From Pseudomonadota bacterium (GTDB lineage: Bacteria; Pseudomonadota; Alphaproteobacteria; Rhizobiales; Devosiaceae): a DNA stretch of 45,097 nucleotides. Positions 28,103-37,337 of this stretch are shown here, one piece after another (the stretch's first letter is position 1; every line of letters starts with the position of its first letter). Location of the stretch: the NCBI GenBank assembly GCA_023390785.1, contig JAEWCE010000011.1:1-45097 (forward strand). The letters run 5' to 3'. The notes beneath the pieces are model-generated. The model did no database searches. It worked only from the letters and a program-made list of their open reading frames with translations, and had not been told where the DNA came from. The translations under genes and the position numbers were made by a program.

Positions 28103-28854
28103 GCTTGCAGGCGACCATTGGGCATGAAGTTGTTGGTCAGGACCGCGCCGGCGAATGTGCCGTCGTCCGTGGCTGCCAGGGTGAAGCGGCTGGCCGTGAC
28201 GGTGGCGTGGTCGAATTTCGTCCGTCGCAAATCGACGCCGTAGAAATCCGTCTGGGTAATTGTCGCACCCGAGAAATCGGCTCCGGAGGCAAGGGACTTG
28301 CCCAGACTTACGCCATACATGGTTGCGCCAGAGAAGTTGGAGCGCTCCACCCTGGCCCGCTCGAGGTTCGTCGCTTGGAACGATGCTCCGGTGAGATCGC
28401 AATTGTTCAGCACGGCGTCGTGGAGGATAGCCCGGTCGAGCACGGCCGCGGGCAGCTTCGCGGACGTCATCCGCACCTCCTGCATCCGCGTTTCGGCCAG
28501 GTCGGCGGCCGAAAGGTCCGCGCCCGACAGCAGGGCGTCGTAGAACATCGAGCGCGTGAAGTTGCCATCGGCCATGTGGGCCTGCGTCAGGTCGGCCAGA
28601 TTGAAATTGGTGCCGATGGCGGTGACCCCCGTAAGGATCGCACCGCGCAGGTTGGCGCGGTGGAAGGTGGCATCCGTCAGGTTTGCACCTGTCAGGTCGA
28701 CGCCGGCCAGGTCCGCCTTCTTGAAATTCGCACCCTGCAGGTCGCAGCCCCGGCATTGCTTGATCTTTCCGGCAATCAGATCTGCGGCCTGGTCCGCAAG
28801 AACTGGACCCGTCGTCAACAAGACCACGGTCGCTGCCGCCACTGCCATGCGCAT
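28078..28854 (-). CDS. Secreted pentapeptide repeat protein (PedD-like context)
   Basis: GGGAGAG RBS; signal peptide; CRGCDL followed by A(D/N)LxG repeats. Confidence 0.92.
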   Translation of the reverse strand: MRMAVAAATVVLLTTGPVLADQAADLIAGKIKQCRGCDLQGANFKKADLAGVDLTGANLTDATFHRANLRGAILTGVTAIGTNFNLADLTQAHMADGNFTRSMFYDALLSGADLSAADLAETRMQEVRMTSAKLPAAVLDRAILHDAVLNNCDLTGASFQATNLERARVERSNFSGATMYGVSLGKSLASGADFSGATITQTDFYGVDLRRTKFDHATVTASRFTLAATDDGTFAGAVLTNNFMPNGRLQAQGPSDGK

Positions 28855-28889
28855 TCTTGGTCTCTCCCGCTCTCGAAAGGGGCATGCTG

Positions 28890-29450
28890 ATGCCTTCTGA
28901 TAATGGCCGCTCTCCCCGCATTCCCAAATCCTGGACATTAGGGGTTTCAATAGTGCTCCTGGCAGGAGCCATGTGTGGCGCGTTGACTGGGTCCGCCCAG
29001 GCGCAGGCGCAGGCAAACAGCATTAGTGGCACCCCCGATGCGATCGACGCCGATGTCCTGAAATTCGGCACGCAGCGTGTAATCCTCTGGGGTATCGACG
29101 CCCCGGAAAAGAACCAGACCTGCCAGATGAACGGTCAGCTCTGGGGCTGCTACGACGCAGCGTTCCGCCATCTCCAATTGCTGGCTGGTCGCGGAGAAGT
29201 GACCTGCACCTACAAGAGCGACCCGGATCCCTTCGGCCGCCGTTTTGGCGTTTGCGAGAGTGGCGGCGAGGACCTCAACGCCGAAATGGTCAGGGCCGGC
29301 ATGGCGCTCGCTTTCGACGAGCAATCCACGGACTACGACGGTGCGATGGCCGATGCGATCACAGCGGGTGTCGGCCTGTGGCAGCCGGGCGTGAAGTTCG
29401 AGGAACCGTGGGTCTTTCGTCGGCGCGAAACGCCGGGCGGCTACAGATAA
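28890..29450 (+). CDS. Secreted thermonuclease (SNase) family protein, probably catalytically altered
   Basis: IDAD, GIDAPE.NQTC, DPFGR, LNAEMVRAGMA, GLWQ, EPW.FR; start uncertain (28884 or 28890). Confidence 0.82.
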   Translation: MPSDNGRSPRIPKSWTLGVSIVLLAGAMCGALTGSAQAQAQANSISGTPDAIDADVLKFGTQRVILWGIDAPEKNQTCQMNGQLWGCYDAAFRHLQLLAGRGEVTCTYKSDPDPFGRRFGVCESGGEDLNAEMVRAGMALAFDEQSTDYDGAMADAITAGVGLWQPGVKFEEPWVFRRRETPGGYR

Positions 29451-29461
29451 CAGGACAGACA

Positions 29462-30208
29462 ATGACTCAATTGCTTGCTGAAACCGTGATGGCGCCGGGA
29501 CGCAACGGAGCTTTCGACGCTGTCCTGAAGTGGGCGCTCCTTATGGGGCTGATCGCGATTGCGGCGATCGTGTCCTACGACTACGGCCTTCTGACCTATC
29601 TGTTCACTGCCGATCAGTCGAAGATCACGGTGCTGATTGCGGTGCTCTACGTGGCCTTCTCGGGTCACTGCCTGTGGATCCTGGTGGAGCTGTCGCGCGA
29701 ATACCGGCGAGCCCTGCAGATCAAGGACATGCTGGCAACATCGGCAAAGGTGCCAGAGCCGCCGCGCGGCAGTGGCCTGGTGGACCGTTATCTGGCCGAT
29801 TTGATCCGGTCCCGCGAGCACCCCTCGGACGTGGAAGGCGACGCCCACCTGTTGATTTCGAGCCTGGGGGCGAGTTTCCGCCGCCGCACGAAGGTGGGGA
29901 CCTACGGCACGGACCTGCTCTACAAGCTCGGCATGCTGGGCACCATGATCGGCTTCCTGCTGATGCTGAACTCGATGGGAGATCTGTCGAGCTTCGATAT
30001 CGATACGCTGCGCAAGGCGCTGCAGCAGATGATTGCGGGCATGGCGGTATCGCTGCTGACCACTATCGCCGGCCTGATCGGCGGTATCCTCCTGCGGCTG
30101 GAATACAACGTCGCCGACGCGCTGGTGACCGACCTCAGCCAGACGGTGGTTTCCTTCACCGAAGTCTCGCTCCTGCCCTTGCTCGCCCGGGGCGAGCGCG
30201 ATGTTTGA
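29462..30208 (+). CDS. MotA/TolQ/ExbB proton channel family protein
   Basis: AGGA RBS; LGMLGTMIGF and GMAVSLLTTIAGL helices; two N-terminal TM segments. Confidence 0.88.
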   Translation: MTQLLAETVMAPGRNGAFDAVLKWALLMGLIAIAAIVSYDYGLLTYLFTADQSKITVLIAVLYVAFSGHCLWILVELSREYRRALQIKDMLATSAKVPEPPRGSGLVDRYLADLIRSREHPSDVEGDAHLLISSLGASFRRRTKVGTYGTDLLYKLGMLGTMIGFLLMLNSMGDLSSFDIDTLRKALQQMIAGMAVSLLTTIAGLIGGILLRLEYNVADALVTDLSQTVVSFTEVSLLPLLARGERDV

Positions 30209-30884
30209 AGAGGAGCAGGAACCGGAGTTTGAGATCTTTTCCGCTCTCCTGTTCAATTCGCTGAAGGCCATCACCTTCATGTTCTTCATCGCGTTCGCGT
30301 TGATCAACAAGCCGGCCGAACAGGGAAATGTGGTGGTCAAGGCCGAAATGCTCATCACTGTCACCTGGCCCGACAACAATCCCGACGACGTGGATACCTA
30401 TGTCCAGGACCCGGCCGGCAACATCGTCTGGTACAACCAGAAGGAAGCCGGGTTGATGCATCTCGAACGCGATGACCGCGGTAATTTCAAGGACACGGTT
30501 CTAGTAAATGGCTCGGAAGTGACAAATCCGCTGAACCAGGAAATCGTTGCCGTGCGAGGCCTGGAAGATGGCCAGTATGTCGTCAACGTCGTTCACTACA
30601 TTGCCAACAGCGGACCGATCCCTGTCCAGGTCAAGGTCGAAAAGCTGAACCCGACAGTCAAGGTGATCTATTACCAGACGCTGCAGTTGAAGGGGACGGG
30701 CGACGAACAGACAGCCGTGCGCTTCACCCTGAAGGGGCAGGACGTCCTGGATGTCAATACGACCCCCAAGAGCCTGGTCGAGCTGACCCGGTCATCGGGT
30801 TCGAAAGATGGGGGAGGCAGCGCGGTCGGCAGTTCTCCGAACGGCCCGATCGACGCGAGGACCGGACAGGCAATTCAGCAGTGA
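30201..30884 (+). CDS. Single-TM membrane-anchored protein (ExbD/MotB-like topology) with acidic periplasmic domain
   Basis: Overlaps the ExbB-like gene; one N-terminal TM; WPDNNPDDVDTYVQDP, HLERDDRG and NQE motifs (YfaP/DUF2135-like). Confidence 0.7.
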   Translation: MFEEEQEPEFEIFSALLFNSLKAITFMFFIAFALINKPAEQGNVVVKAEMLITVTWPDNNPDDVDTYVQDPAGNIVWYNQKEAGLMHLERDDRGNFKDTVLVNGSEVTNPLNQEIVAVRGLEDGQYVVNVVHYIANSGPIPVQVKVEKLNPTVKVIYYQTLQLKGTGDEQTAVRFTLKGQDVLDVNTTPKSLVELTRSSGSKDGGGSAVGSSPNGPIDARTGQAIQQ

Positions 30885-31477
30885 CCTTCACGATCGTCTC
30901 ATTGACTGCTGCGTATGCGCTTGTGGCGTCGCTCCTTGCCTATGTCCTGTTGCTGGCGCGGCTGCACTGGTTCTTCAAGGTTCTGGCGACCGTGGCTACC
31001 GCCGTGCTGATCCCACTCACCTTCAATGCAATTGGCGAGCTGCGCGGTCTTCCCTCAGACGGGCCTATCCCCGATAGTTTCCGCATGCTTTGGGCACAGG
31101 TGACCGAACCCGATCCACTGCATCAGCAAAAGGGCGATGTGTTCCTGTGGCTACAAACGCTTGATGCCGACAACTTCCCCTTGGGGTCGCCGCGCGCCTA
31201 TCAATTGCCCTATTCGGACGACCTGAAGATCAAGGTCAACGAGGCAATGGGCAAGATCGCCCAGGGGGAAAAGATCCAGGGCACCATCGATTCCAAGAAG
31301 GTCTTGCCCAAGACCACCGCTGAGGATCTGGCGCAGGAAATCCAGGCGAGCAAGGTCGCGACAGGCAAGCTCGGTGGGGGAGAAGCGACGGTCGGAGAGC
31401 GAATACTGCAGTTCGAACCGGGGATGCTGACGTTCACCGAGGAAGCCGCCCCGGTCACACCGGGCAAGCCCCAGTGA
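30881..31477 (+). CDS. Hypothetical membrane protein (2 N-terminal TM plus soluble domain)
   Basis: GTGA overlap with previous gene; PRAYQLPYS motif. Confidence 0.75.
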   Translation: MTFTIVSLTAAYALVASLLAYVLLLARLHWFFKVLATVATAVLIPLTFNAIGELRGLPSDGPIPDSFRMLWAQVTEPDPLHQQKGDVFLWLQTLDADNFPLGSPRAYQLPYSDDLKIKVNEAMGKIAQGEKIQGTIDSKKVLPKTTAEDLAQEIQASKVATGKLGGGEATVGERILQFEPGMLTFTEEAAPVTPGKPQ

Positions 31478-31555
31478 TGGGGGAGTCGCCGCCTCGGATC
31501 GGCGGCCGGACCGACGACAGAGACTGACGACCAGGCCAGACGAGGACTCGGATGG

Positions 31556-32365
31556 TCAGGCCGGTCTTGCCGGCTGGGGCGACCCATGGCGCGCACGGTT
31601 CTGCCGGCGGATCAGGATCGGCAAGATCAGGCTGGCGAGGCCGAAGATCAGTACAATGGCCAGATCCCCCCCGATCAGCCAGCGGCCCCACCGAAGCGCC
31701 TCCACGTCAGCACCAAACCAACCGTGATCGCCCCACAGCAGCACGCGTCCGCGCTGGCCACCACCGGCACCGAGCAGGATCGACTTGCCGAGATCGGTCC
31801 TCGTTGCGCTGTCGTCCAGCCAGACGGTTATCTGGTGGCCCTGGCCGGGTGTCATCGCGCCCAGCTCCAGCGCTGGCAGCCCGGTGGAAGTCTTGGTGAC
31901 CTTCACCTTCTGGCCGTCGACTTCCGCCAACAGCGCGCCCGGCACGGTCAGGGCGACGTCGGCCGCAGCGTCGGCGCTTGTGATCGAGCCGGTGACCGTG
32001 CGTTTGAAGGATTCAAGGCCGACGAGCGCCGACAGTTCGGGGATGTCCTCCAGCATCCGGTGGACCGCCACGACATTCATCAGCCGCGGCAACACGACAT
32101 CCTTCACCCTCGCCAACACATCCGGCTTCAGCAACATGCGGGTCGCCACGTCGTCGTCTGCCCGCTCCTGCAGCGCCCTTGCCAGGTACGACGCCACCTT
32201 GTCCGCATCGACGCTCATGCCGGACGGGATGGGGAAATCCTGCACATTGAGTTCCGCCTGAAGGGGCGGCGATAGAAGGTCGCGCGCGCCGCCGGCCATG
32301 ACCAGGAGCCCGACCGCCGATGACGCGATCAGGGCCAGGGCGAGGAGAATCTGCCAGGTGCGCAT
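31556..32365 (-). CDS. Hypothetical membrane protein (N- and C-terminal TM)
   Basis: GGAG RBS before ATG 32365; hydrophobic ends flanking a soluble domain of about 200 aa. Confidence 0.7.
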   Translation of the reverse strand: MRTWQILLALALIASSAVGLLVMAGGARDLLSPPLQAELNVQDFPIPSGMSVDADKVASYLARALQERADDDVATRMLLKPDVLARVKDVVLPRLMNVVAVHRMLEDIPELSALVGLESFKRTVTGSITSADAAADVALTVPGALLAEVDGQKVKVTKTSTGLPALELGAMTPGQGHQITVWLDDSATRTDLGKSILLGAGGGQRGRVLLWGDHGWFGADVEALRWGRWLIGGDLAIVLIFGLASLILPILIRRQNRARHGSPQPARPA

Positions 32366-32492
32366 GTGGTCTCCATGAGATGCGCCGAGACTACCGGTGC
32401 CAGCCATTGAAAAATCCGATAGCCAAGATCGGTTTCTGGCACAAACGCCCAAGGTCCGCTTGCCCGGGCCGATGGTAAGAAGACTGCCGGGC

Positions 32493-33248
32493 CTAGGCGG
32501 GAACCGGGTCCGGCCGGTGGCCGGTGAGCGCAATATAAGCGTCGGTGAGATTGTCGGTTTGGCTCTGGGCCATCAGCTCGGCCGGCGACCCTGTATGGAC
32601 TATCTCGCCGGCGACCATCAGCATGATCCGGTCAGCGTGCTCGAGCTCCTCGACCAGGTGCGTGGCCCACAGGATCGAGGTGCCGTGTTCCCGGCGCACC
32701 GTCTGCATGTGCCGTACGAGCATCTCGCGCGTTACCGGATCAAGTCCGGTGGAGGGCTCGTCCATGAGCAGCAGCTCCGGGCCGTTGAGCAGGGCTCGCG
32801 CAACCTCCACCCGGCGCTGGTTTCCGCCCGACAGGTTGCGTACGGGCGTCTTCAGCAGCTCGGTGATTTCGAGCAGCTCCGCGACTTCGCTGATCCTCGC
32901 CTTGCGGGCTTCGCCGGCGAAGCCGAACAGCGCGCTGTGGAAGGCCAGGTTTGCCTGCACGGTCATGTCGAGATCGATGGCGCGCGCCTGGAACACCACG
33001 CCCAGGCGCTTGAGGATATCCTCGGCGTTGCGCCGATAGTCGAGGCCAAACAGGCGGACGCTGCCGGCATCGGCAGCGAAGAGGCCCGCGGCAATCTGAA
33101 AGAGCGTCGATTTGCCGGCGCCGTTGGGTCCCAGCAGTCCCACCACTTCGGCACGGTCGATCGACAGCGTTACGCCCTTGAGTGCCTGGGTCTTGCCGTA
33201 CGACTTCCTCAGATCCTTGATGTCGAGCACCGGGACGTCGTCGGTCAA
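32493..33248 (-). CDS. ABC ATP-binding protein, PQQ-alcohol-dehydrogenase-system type (PedB/LutE-like)
   Basis: GPNGAGKST, LGVVFQ..IDLDMTV, LSGGNQRRVEVARAL, MDEPSTGLD, LWATHL. Confidence 0.88.
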   Translation of the reverse strand: MTDDVPVLDIKDLRKSYGKTQALKGVTLSIDRAEVVGLLGPNGAGKSTLFQIAAGLFAADAGSVRLFGLDYRRNAEDILKRLGVVFQARAIDLDMTVQANLAFHSALFGFAGEARKARISEVAELLEITELLKTPVRNLSGGNQRRVEVARALLNGPELLLMDEPSTGLDPVTREMLVRHMQTVRREHGTSILWATHLVEELEHADRIMLMVAGEIVHTGSPAELMAQSQTDNLTDAYIALTGHRPDPVPA

Positions 33249-33973
33249 TTCACAGCCTCGTCGTGATGCGATAGCGCAAGCGCCAGGGCGCGTATCTGTT
33301 CTTCGCTGCGCGTGCCAGGCGGCGGGGTCAATTCGATGTCGGCGACGATCCGCGCCGGTCGACCACCCAGCACGATCGCGCGATCGGCAATCCTGGCCGC
33401 ATCGTCGGGCAGGTGGGTCACCAGGATTGCGGTTGCACGAGTGTCGCGGACGAGGTCCATGAACACGCGTTGCACTCCCGCGACCAGATGGGCATCGAGT
33501 GAAACGAACGGTTCGTCGAGCAACAGCAGTCGCGGGTTGACGGAGAACGCGCGGGCCAGCCCAACGCGCCGCTGCATGCCGCCCGACAACTGCGCCGGAT
33601 AAGCATCCTCGCTTCCGGCAAGCCCCACCCGAGCCAGGAAATCACGAGCTTCGGCTTCGGTTGTTTCCTCGCGGACCGCGCGGATATTGGCGAGCGCGCT
33701 CAGCCAGGGCAGCAGCCGTGAATCCTGGAACACAAAGCCGGCGGGTGGCGCAGCCTTGGGAGCCTTGCCGTCGATCCTGATCGACCCCGAATAAGCGTCA
33801 TCGATCCCCGCAATCATCCGCAACAGGCTCGATTTACCCACGCCGGAGGGCCCCACCAGGGCCACAACCTGCGAGGGCGGGATAGTGACGTGGAAGTTCT
33901 CGAGCAACGGTAAGTCGGAGCCCGGAAAACGCTTCTCGTCCACGTCGACGTCTAAACGCGGTCCGTCCGCCAT
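33245..33973 (-). CDS. NitT/TauT-type ABC ATP-binding protein
   Basis: GPSGVGKS, FQDSRLLPW, YPAQLSGGMQRR, LDEPFVSLD. Confidence 0.92.
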   Translation of the reverse strand: MADGPRLDVDVDEKRFPGSDLPLLENFHVTIPPSQVVALVGPSGVGKSSLLRMIAGIDDAYSGSIRIDGKAPKAAPPAGFVFQDSRLLPWLSALANIRAVREETTEAEARDFLARVGLAGSEDAYPAQLSGGMQRRVGLARAFSVNPRLLLLDEPFVSLDAHLVAGVQRVFMDLVRDTRATAILVTHLPDDAARIADRAIVLGGRPARIVADIELTPPPGTRSEEQIRALALALSHHDEAVN

Positions 33974-34692
33974 CTCAGGATGTAGTGCTCCAGTGGACGC
34001 ATGAGCCAGTATTCGACGACGAGGACCACCAGGATGAACGCCGTTGTATAGGCGAGAATGCCTGTCATGTCGAAGAACTGGAACATGGTATTGATGCGAA
34101 AGCCCACGCCGCCGCTGCTGCCCAGCACTTCGAACACGAGGACGATCTTCCAGATCAGGGCCAGCCCGGTACGCGCCGCCGCGAGCACGTACGGGGTGAG
34201 CTGTGGGATGAAGACCAGCCTGAGCCGACGCCAGAATGGTATGCGGAAGGCGAGGGCAAGCTCGTCATAGTCCGATGAAAAGCTGCGCACGCCTTCCCGG
34301 ATGGTGGTGACCACCAGGGGCACCTTGTTGATGATGACGGCAAGGATGATCGCCGTCTCGTTCAGTCCGAGTGAGATGTAGAGGACAATGGCGATCACCA
34401 CCGCCGGCAAGTTGAGGCCGACGATCACCCAGCTCGAAAACAGCCGGTCGGCGATGCGCGAGCGGCCGAACAGGATACCCAGGGCCACGCCAATGGTCAT
34501 GGAGATGGTGAACGAGATCGTCGCGCGCCACAGCGTCTTGGCCATGTCGGACATGAGCTTGCCGTCGGCGATGTCGGTCCACAGCTCTAGGGCGACGGCA
34601 GTCGGTGTGGGGAACAGGCGCCCAGGAAAGATCATCGCCAGCGCCTGCCAGACCACCAGGAGCAGGATGGTGCTGACCGGTTCCCACCGCAC
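33952..34692 (-). CDS. NitT/TauT-type ABC permease
   Basis: FPTP..V, GLNLPA, INKVP, RTGLALIWKIVLVFEVLG..GVG. Confidence 0.9.
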   Translation of the reverse strand: MRWEPVSTILLLVVWQALAMIFPGRLFPTPTAVALELWTDIADGKLMSDMAKTLWRATISFTISMTIGVALGILFGRSRIADRLFSSWVIVGLNLPAVVIAIVLYISLGLNETAIILAVIINKVPLVVTTIREGVRSFSSDYDELALAFRIPFWRRLRLVFIPQLTPYVLAAARTGLALIWKIVLVFEVLGSSGGVGFRINTMFQFFDMTGILAYTTAFILVVLVVEYWLMRPLEHYILRWRTDRV

Positions 34693-34757
34693 CCACTGGG
34701 TGCGGCGGGCGAGACTGATCTTGGTGCGCGCCGGCAGCGCGCCGCCCGGCCGATAGT

Positions 34758-35747
34758 CTATTTGTGGAACCCCTTCCAGAAGGTGCCGTCGTCGAGATCT
34801 CTCACGTCACCTACGACGTCTTTGCCGCCAAACTGAGCCATCAGGGCGAAGGCCTGCTTGGCCGGTTCCATGTCCGAATAGACATAGCTCGACACGATAC
34901 CCGCGCGGTAGTCGTCCCGCAGCTGCTTGAACAGGGCATCGTCGTCCTTGACGTTCATCACGGGGCGGATCTTGTCCCAAAGCGCGTCATCGGTCAGCAG
35001 CGCCTGCTTGGTTTCGAAGGAGGCCTCGAGGAAAGCGACAATTTCCTTCTTCTTTTCCTTGGCCACGTCGTCGAAGAAGGTCCAGCCGAGCAGCGGTGGG
35101 GTCTTGGACACGCCAAGGTCCTTGAACAGGTCCGGCACCGAGGTCAGCTGCGTCATGCCCGCCACTTTGGCGCGGGCGGCCCAGTTCCACAGGTTGAGGT
35201 CGGCCTGTGCCTTGCCGTCGACGAGCAGTTCGTTGACGAGGGGCGGAGCGCCGAACTTGACGTCGGCGTCGTCGATGAGAGTGCCGCCGGTCTGCTTCTT
35301 GTAGTCGGCTGCCAGGATCACGAAGCTCTTGTCCACCGGGCTGCCCGACACCGCGAACGCCTTGCCCTTGAGGTCGGCGATCGACGAGATGCCGGCCTTG
35401 GGATCGACCATCAGGCCGCCCACGGCGAGCGAATGCGGCACCATGGTGACCATGTTGCCCTGGTGGCGTTGCAGGTTCACCCAGACGAAATCCGACAGGA
35501 TAACCTCGGCAGCCTTGGCCTGCAGCGCCACCTGGCCGGCCGGGCTGTCGGCCACGTCGTTCACGGTCAGCTCGAGATGGTGTTTCTTGTCCAGCCCGAG
35601 CTCCTGCATTGCCGCGATTTCCCATTTGGCAGTGCCGGTCCCCTGCAGGGCGAGTGTCAGCTTCAACTGCTCGGGGCTGAAACCCGACAGCAGAGTTGCC
35701 GCGCCAAACGCGAGGCAAAGCAGCGCCGCACGACTGAATTTCGACAT
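34758..35747 (-). CDS. pqqT: ABC substrate-binding protein, PqqT-like (putative PQQ-binding)
   Basis: Signal peptide; GTAKWE, P.DKS, FGAPPL, LWDKIRPVM..DDALF..L..D..AGI match my recollection of Methylorubrum PqqT; PQQ-dehydrogenase context. Confidence 0.72.
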   Translation of the reverse strand: MSKFSRAALLCLAFGAATLLSGFSPEQLKLTLALQGTGTAKWEIAAMQELGLDKKHHLELTVNDVADSPAGQVALQAKAAEVILSDFVWVNLQRHQGNMVTMVPHSLAVGGLMVDPKAGISSIADLKGKAFAVSGSPVDKSFVILAADYKKQTGGTLIDDADVKFGAPPLVNELLVDGKAQADLNLWNWAARAKVAGMTQLTSVPDLFKDLGVSKTPPLLGWTFFDDVAKEKKKEIVAFLEASFETKQALLTDDALWDKIRPVMNVKDDDALFKQLRDDYRAGIVSSYVYSDMEPAKQAFALMAQFGGKDVVGDVRDLDDGTFWKGFHK

Positions 35748-35922
35748 GGTTCCCCCCGAACGAGTACGCTTCTTGTTGATCAAAGGAGCTAGCATCCCAA
35801 CTCATTGGCCGAGGCTATGTTTCGTATTGCCATGCGCGGGTTGCACTGGATTCGGGGGCCACGCCAGAACTGCGCATAGGTGATTTCTATCGCCGCAATA
35901 GGAACAACCTTGGGAGGATTCG

Positions 35923-36348
35923 GTGAGGGAATTCGTCGCGGTTTCATTGGTCGCGCTTTCGGTCGCCGGCCTCGTCGCCGTCCCCGCGCTCGCTGCGGGC
36001 AATCTGGCCTCGAACGGCGAAAAGCTGGAACTCAGGATCGACACGGAAAATCTGAAATTCTCGCAGAACGAGTTCGATCTCGAAACCGGTAAGTTCTATC
36101 GCATGGACATCACCGTCGATGATGCGGACGATACCGCCTTCATGGCGCCCGAGCTGTGGCGCAACGTGTGGATCAATCAGATTGTGGTCAACGACCTCGA
36201 GCTCAAGACCCAGGTACCATACAGCCTGGAGTGGGATGCCGCCGGAACGTTCAACGTCAGCTTCGTGCCGATCCGGCCGGGCGAATACGATTTCTGGATT
36301 GCCGGCTACGAGGACAGGGGCCTCAAGGGCAAGTTCGTGGTGAAATGA
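35923..36348 (+). CDS. Secreted cupredoxin-like protein without type-1 copper ligands
   Basis: GGGAGG RBS, GTG start; signal peptide; LETGKFYR, FVPIRPGEYDF, G.KG.F.V pattern; no Cys or His in the protein. Confidence 0.75.
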   Translation: MREFVAVSLVALSVAGLVAVPALAAGNLASNGEKLELRIDTENLKFSQNEFDLETGKFYRMDITVDDADDTAFMAPELWRNVWINQIVVNDLELKTQVPYSLEWDAAGTFNVSFVPIRPGEYDFWIAGYEDRGLKGKFVVK

Positions 36349-37337
36349 TGCTGATGAAGCGCCGATCAGTCCTGGCGGGAGGCGCCGCGCTGGCCGCTCT
36401 CGCCGTCGCCCGTCCAGCGGCCGCTGCCGGAACCGGCAACATCTTCGTTTCAACCGAAAAGGGCAACGAAGTCGTCGTCCTCGATCCGAGCTACAACATC
36501 ATCAAGCGCATTGCGACCTCGAGACGGCCGCGCGACATGCAGATGACCAAGGCGCACGACCTGCTCTATGTCGCCTGCGGCGACGACGACTCGATCGACG
36601 TCATCGACGTCGCCAAGCTCGAGGTGGTCGACTCGATCCCGACTGGCCCGAGCCCCGAGATGTTCCGTCTCTCCGATGACGAACAGTCGATCTACGTTTC
36701 GGACGAAGAGAACTCGACCGTCGAGCGGATCGACCTCAAGTCCAAGATCGCAACCCAGACGATCCCGAGCGGCGCGGAACCCGAGGGTATCCTGATCATG
36801 CCTGGCGGCCAGATCGTGTTCGCCACCTCCGAGGTGGCCGACATGGTGCATATCATCGATACGGCGAAGGGGGCCGTGATCAAGAACATCCTTGTGGGCA
36901 CCCGGCCGCGACGCTTCATCCATTTGCCGACGCTCAACGAAGTGTGGGTGAGTTGCGAGCTCAGTTCGGAGATCTTCATCATCGACGCCACGACCTACGA
37001 GATCAAAGGCGACAGCCTGATCATCGTGCCTCCCGGCTTTCGGGAACAGGACGTGACGCCGGTCGGCATGACCTCTCTCAAGGACGACAGCAAGGTCTTG
37101 CTCAGCCTTGGCCGCGCCAACCACATCGCCATTCTCGATGCCAGGTCGCATGATGTGCTGGCATTCGTGCTCACGGGCAAACGTTGCTGGTCCATCGACC
37201 TGAGCCGTGACGAGAAAACAGCGATCGTCGCCAATGGCCTCAGCGACGATATCACTGTTATCGATGTGCAGGCGATGCAGCCGGTGCAGTCGTTGCCGAT
37301 CGGCCGTGTCCCCCATACGGTGGTCATCGATGACTAG
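36345..37337 (+). CDS. YVTN beta-propeller protein, PQQ-catabolism-associated (PedA2/LutB-like), Tat-type signal
   Basis: MKRRSVL signal; FVSTEKGN, RPR, LYVAC.D, GPSPE, GAEPEG, VGTRPR, VANGLSDD, GRVPH. Confidence 0.9.
   Translation: MMLMKRRSVLAGGAALAALAVARPAAAAGTGNIFVSTEKGNEVVVLDPSYNIIKRIATSRRPRDMQMTKAHDLLYVACGDDDSIDVIDVAKLEVVDSIPTGPSPEMFRLSDDEQSIYVSDEENSTVERIDLKSKIATQTIPSGAEPEGILIMPGGQIVFATSEVADMVHIIDTAKGAVIKNILVGTRPRRFIHLPTLNEVWVSCELSSEIFIIDATTYEIKGDSLIIVPPGFREQDVTPVGMTSLKDDSKVLLSLGRANHIAILDARSHDVLAFVLTGKRCWSIDLSRDEKTAIVANGLSDDITVIDVQAMQPVQSLPIGRVPHTVVIDD

Noticed and set aside
28078..28854. Qnr-type quinolone resistance or a DNA repeat array
   Set aside because: The protein has a signal peptide and a CxxC-D-L start typical of periplasmic pentapeptide proteins; periodicity is at protein level only
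29462..30884. Zorya (ZorAB) or flagellar MotAB assignment
   Set aside because: No long ZorA tail, no OmpA-like peptidoglycan-binding domain in the partner, and no defence or flagellar genes nearby
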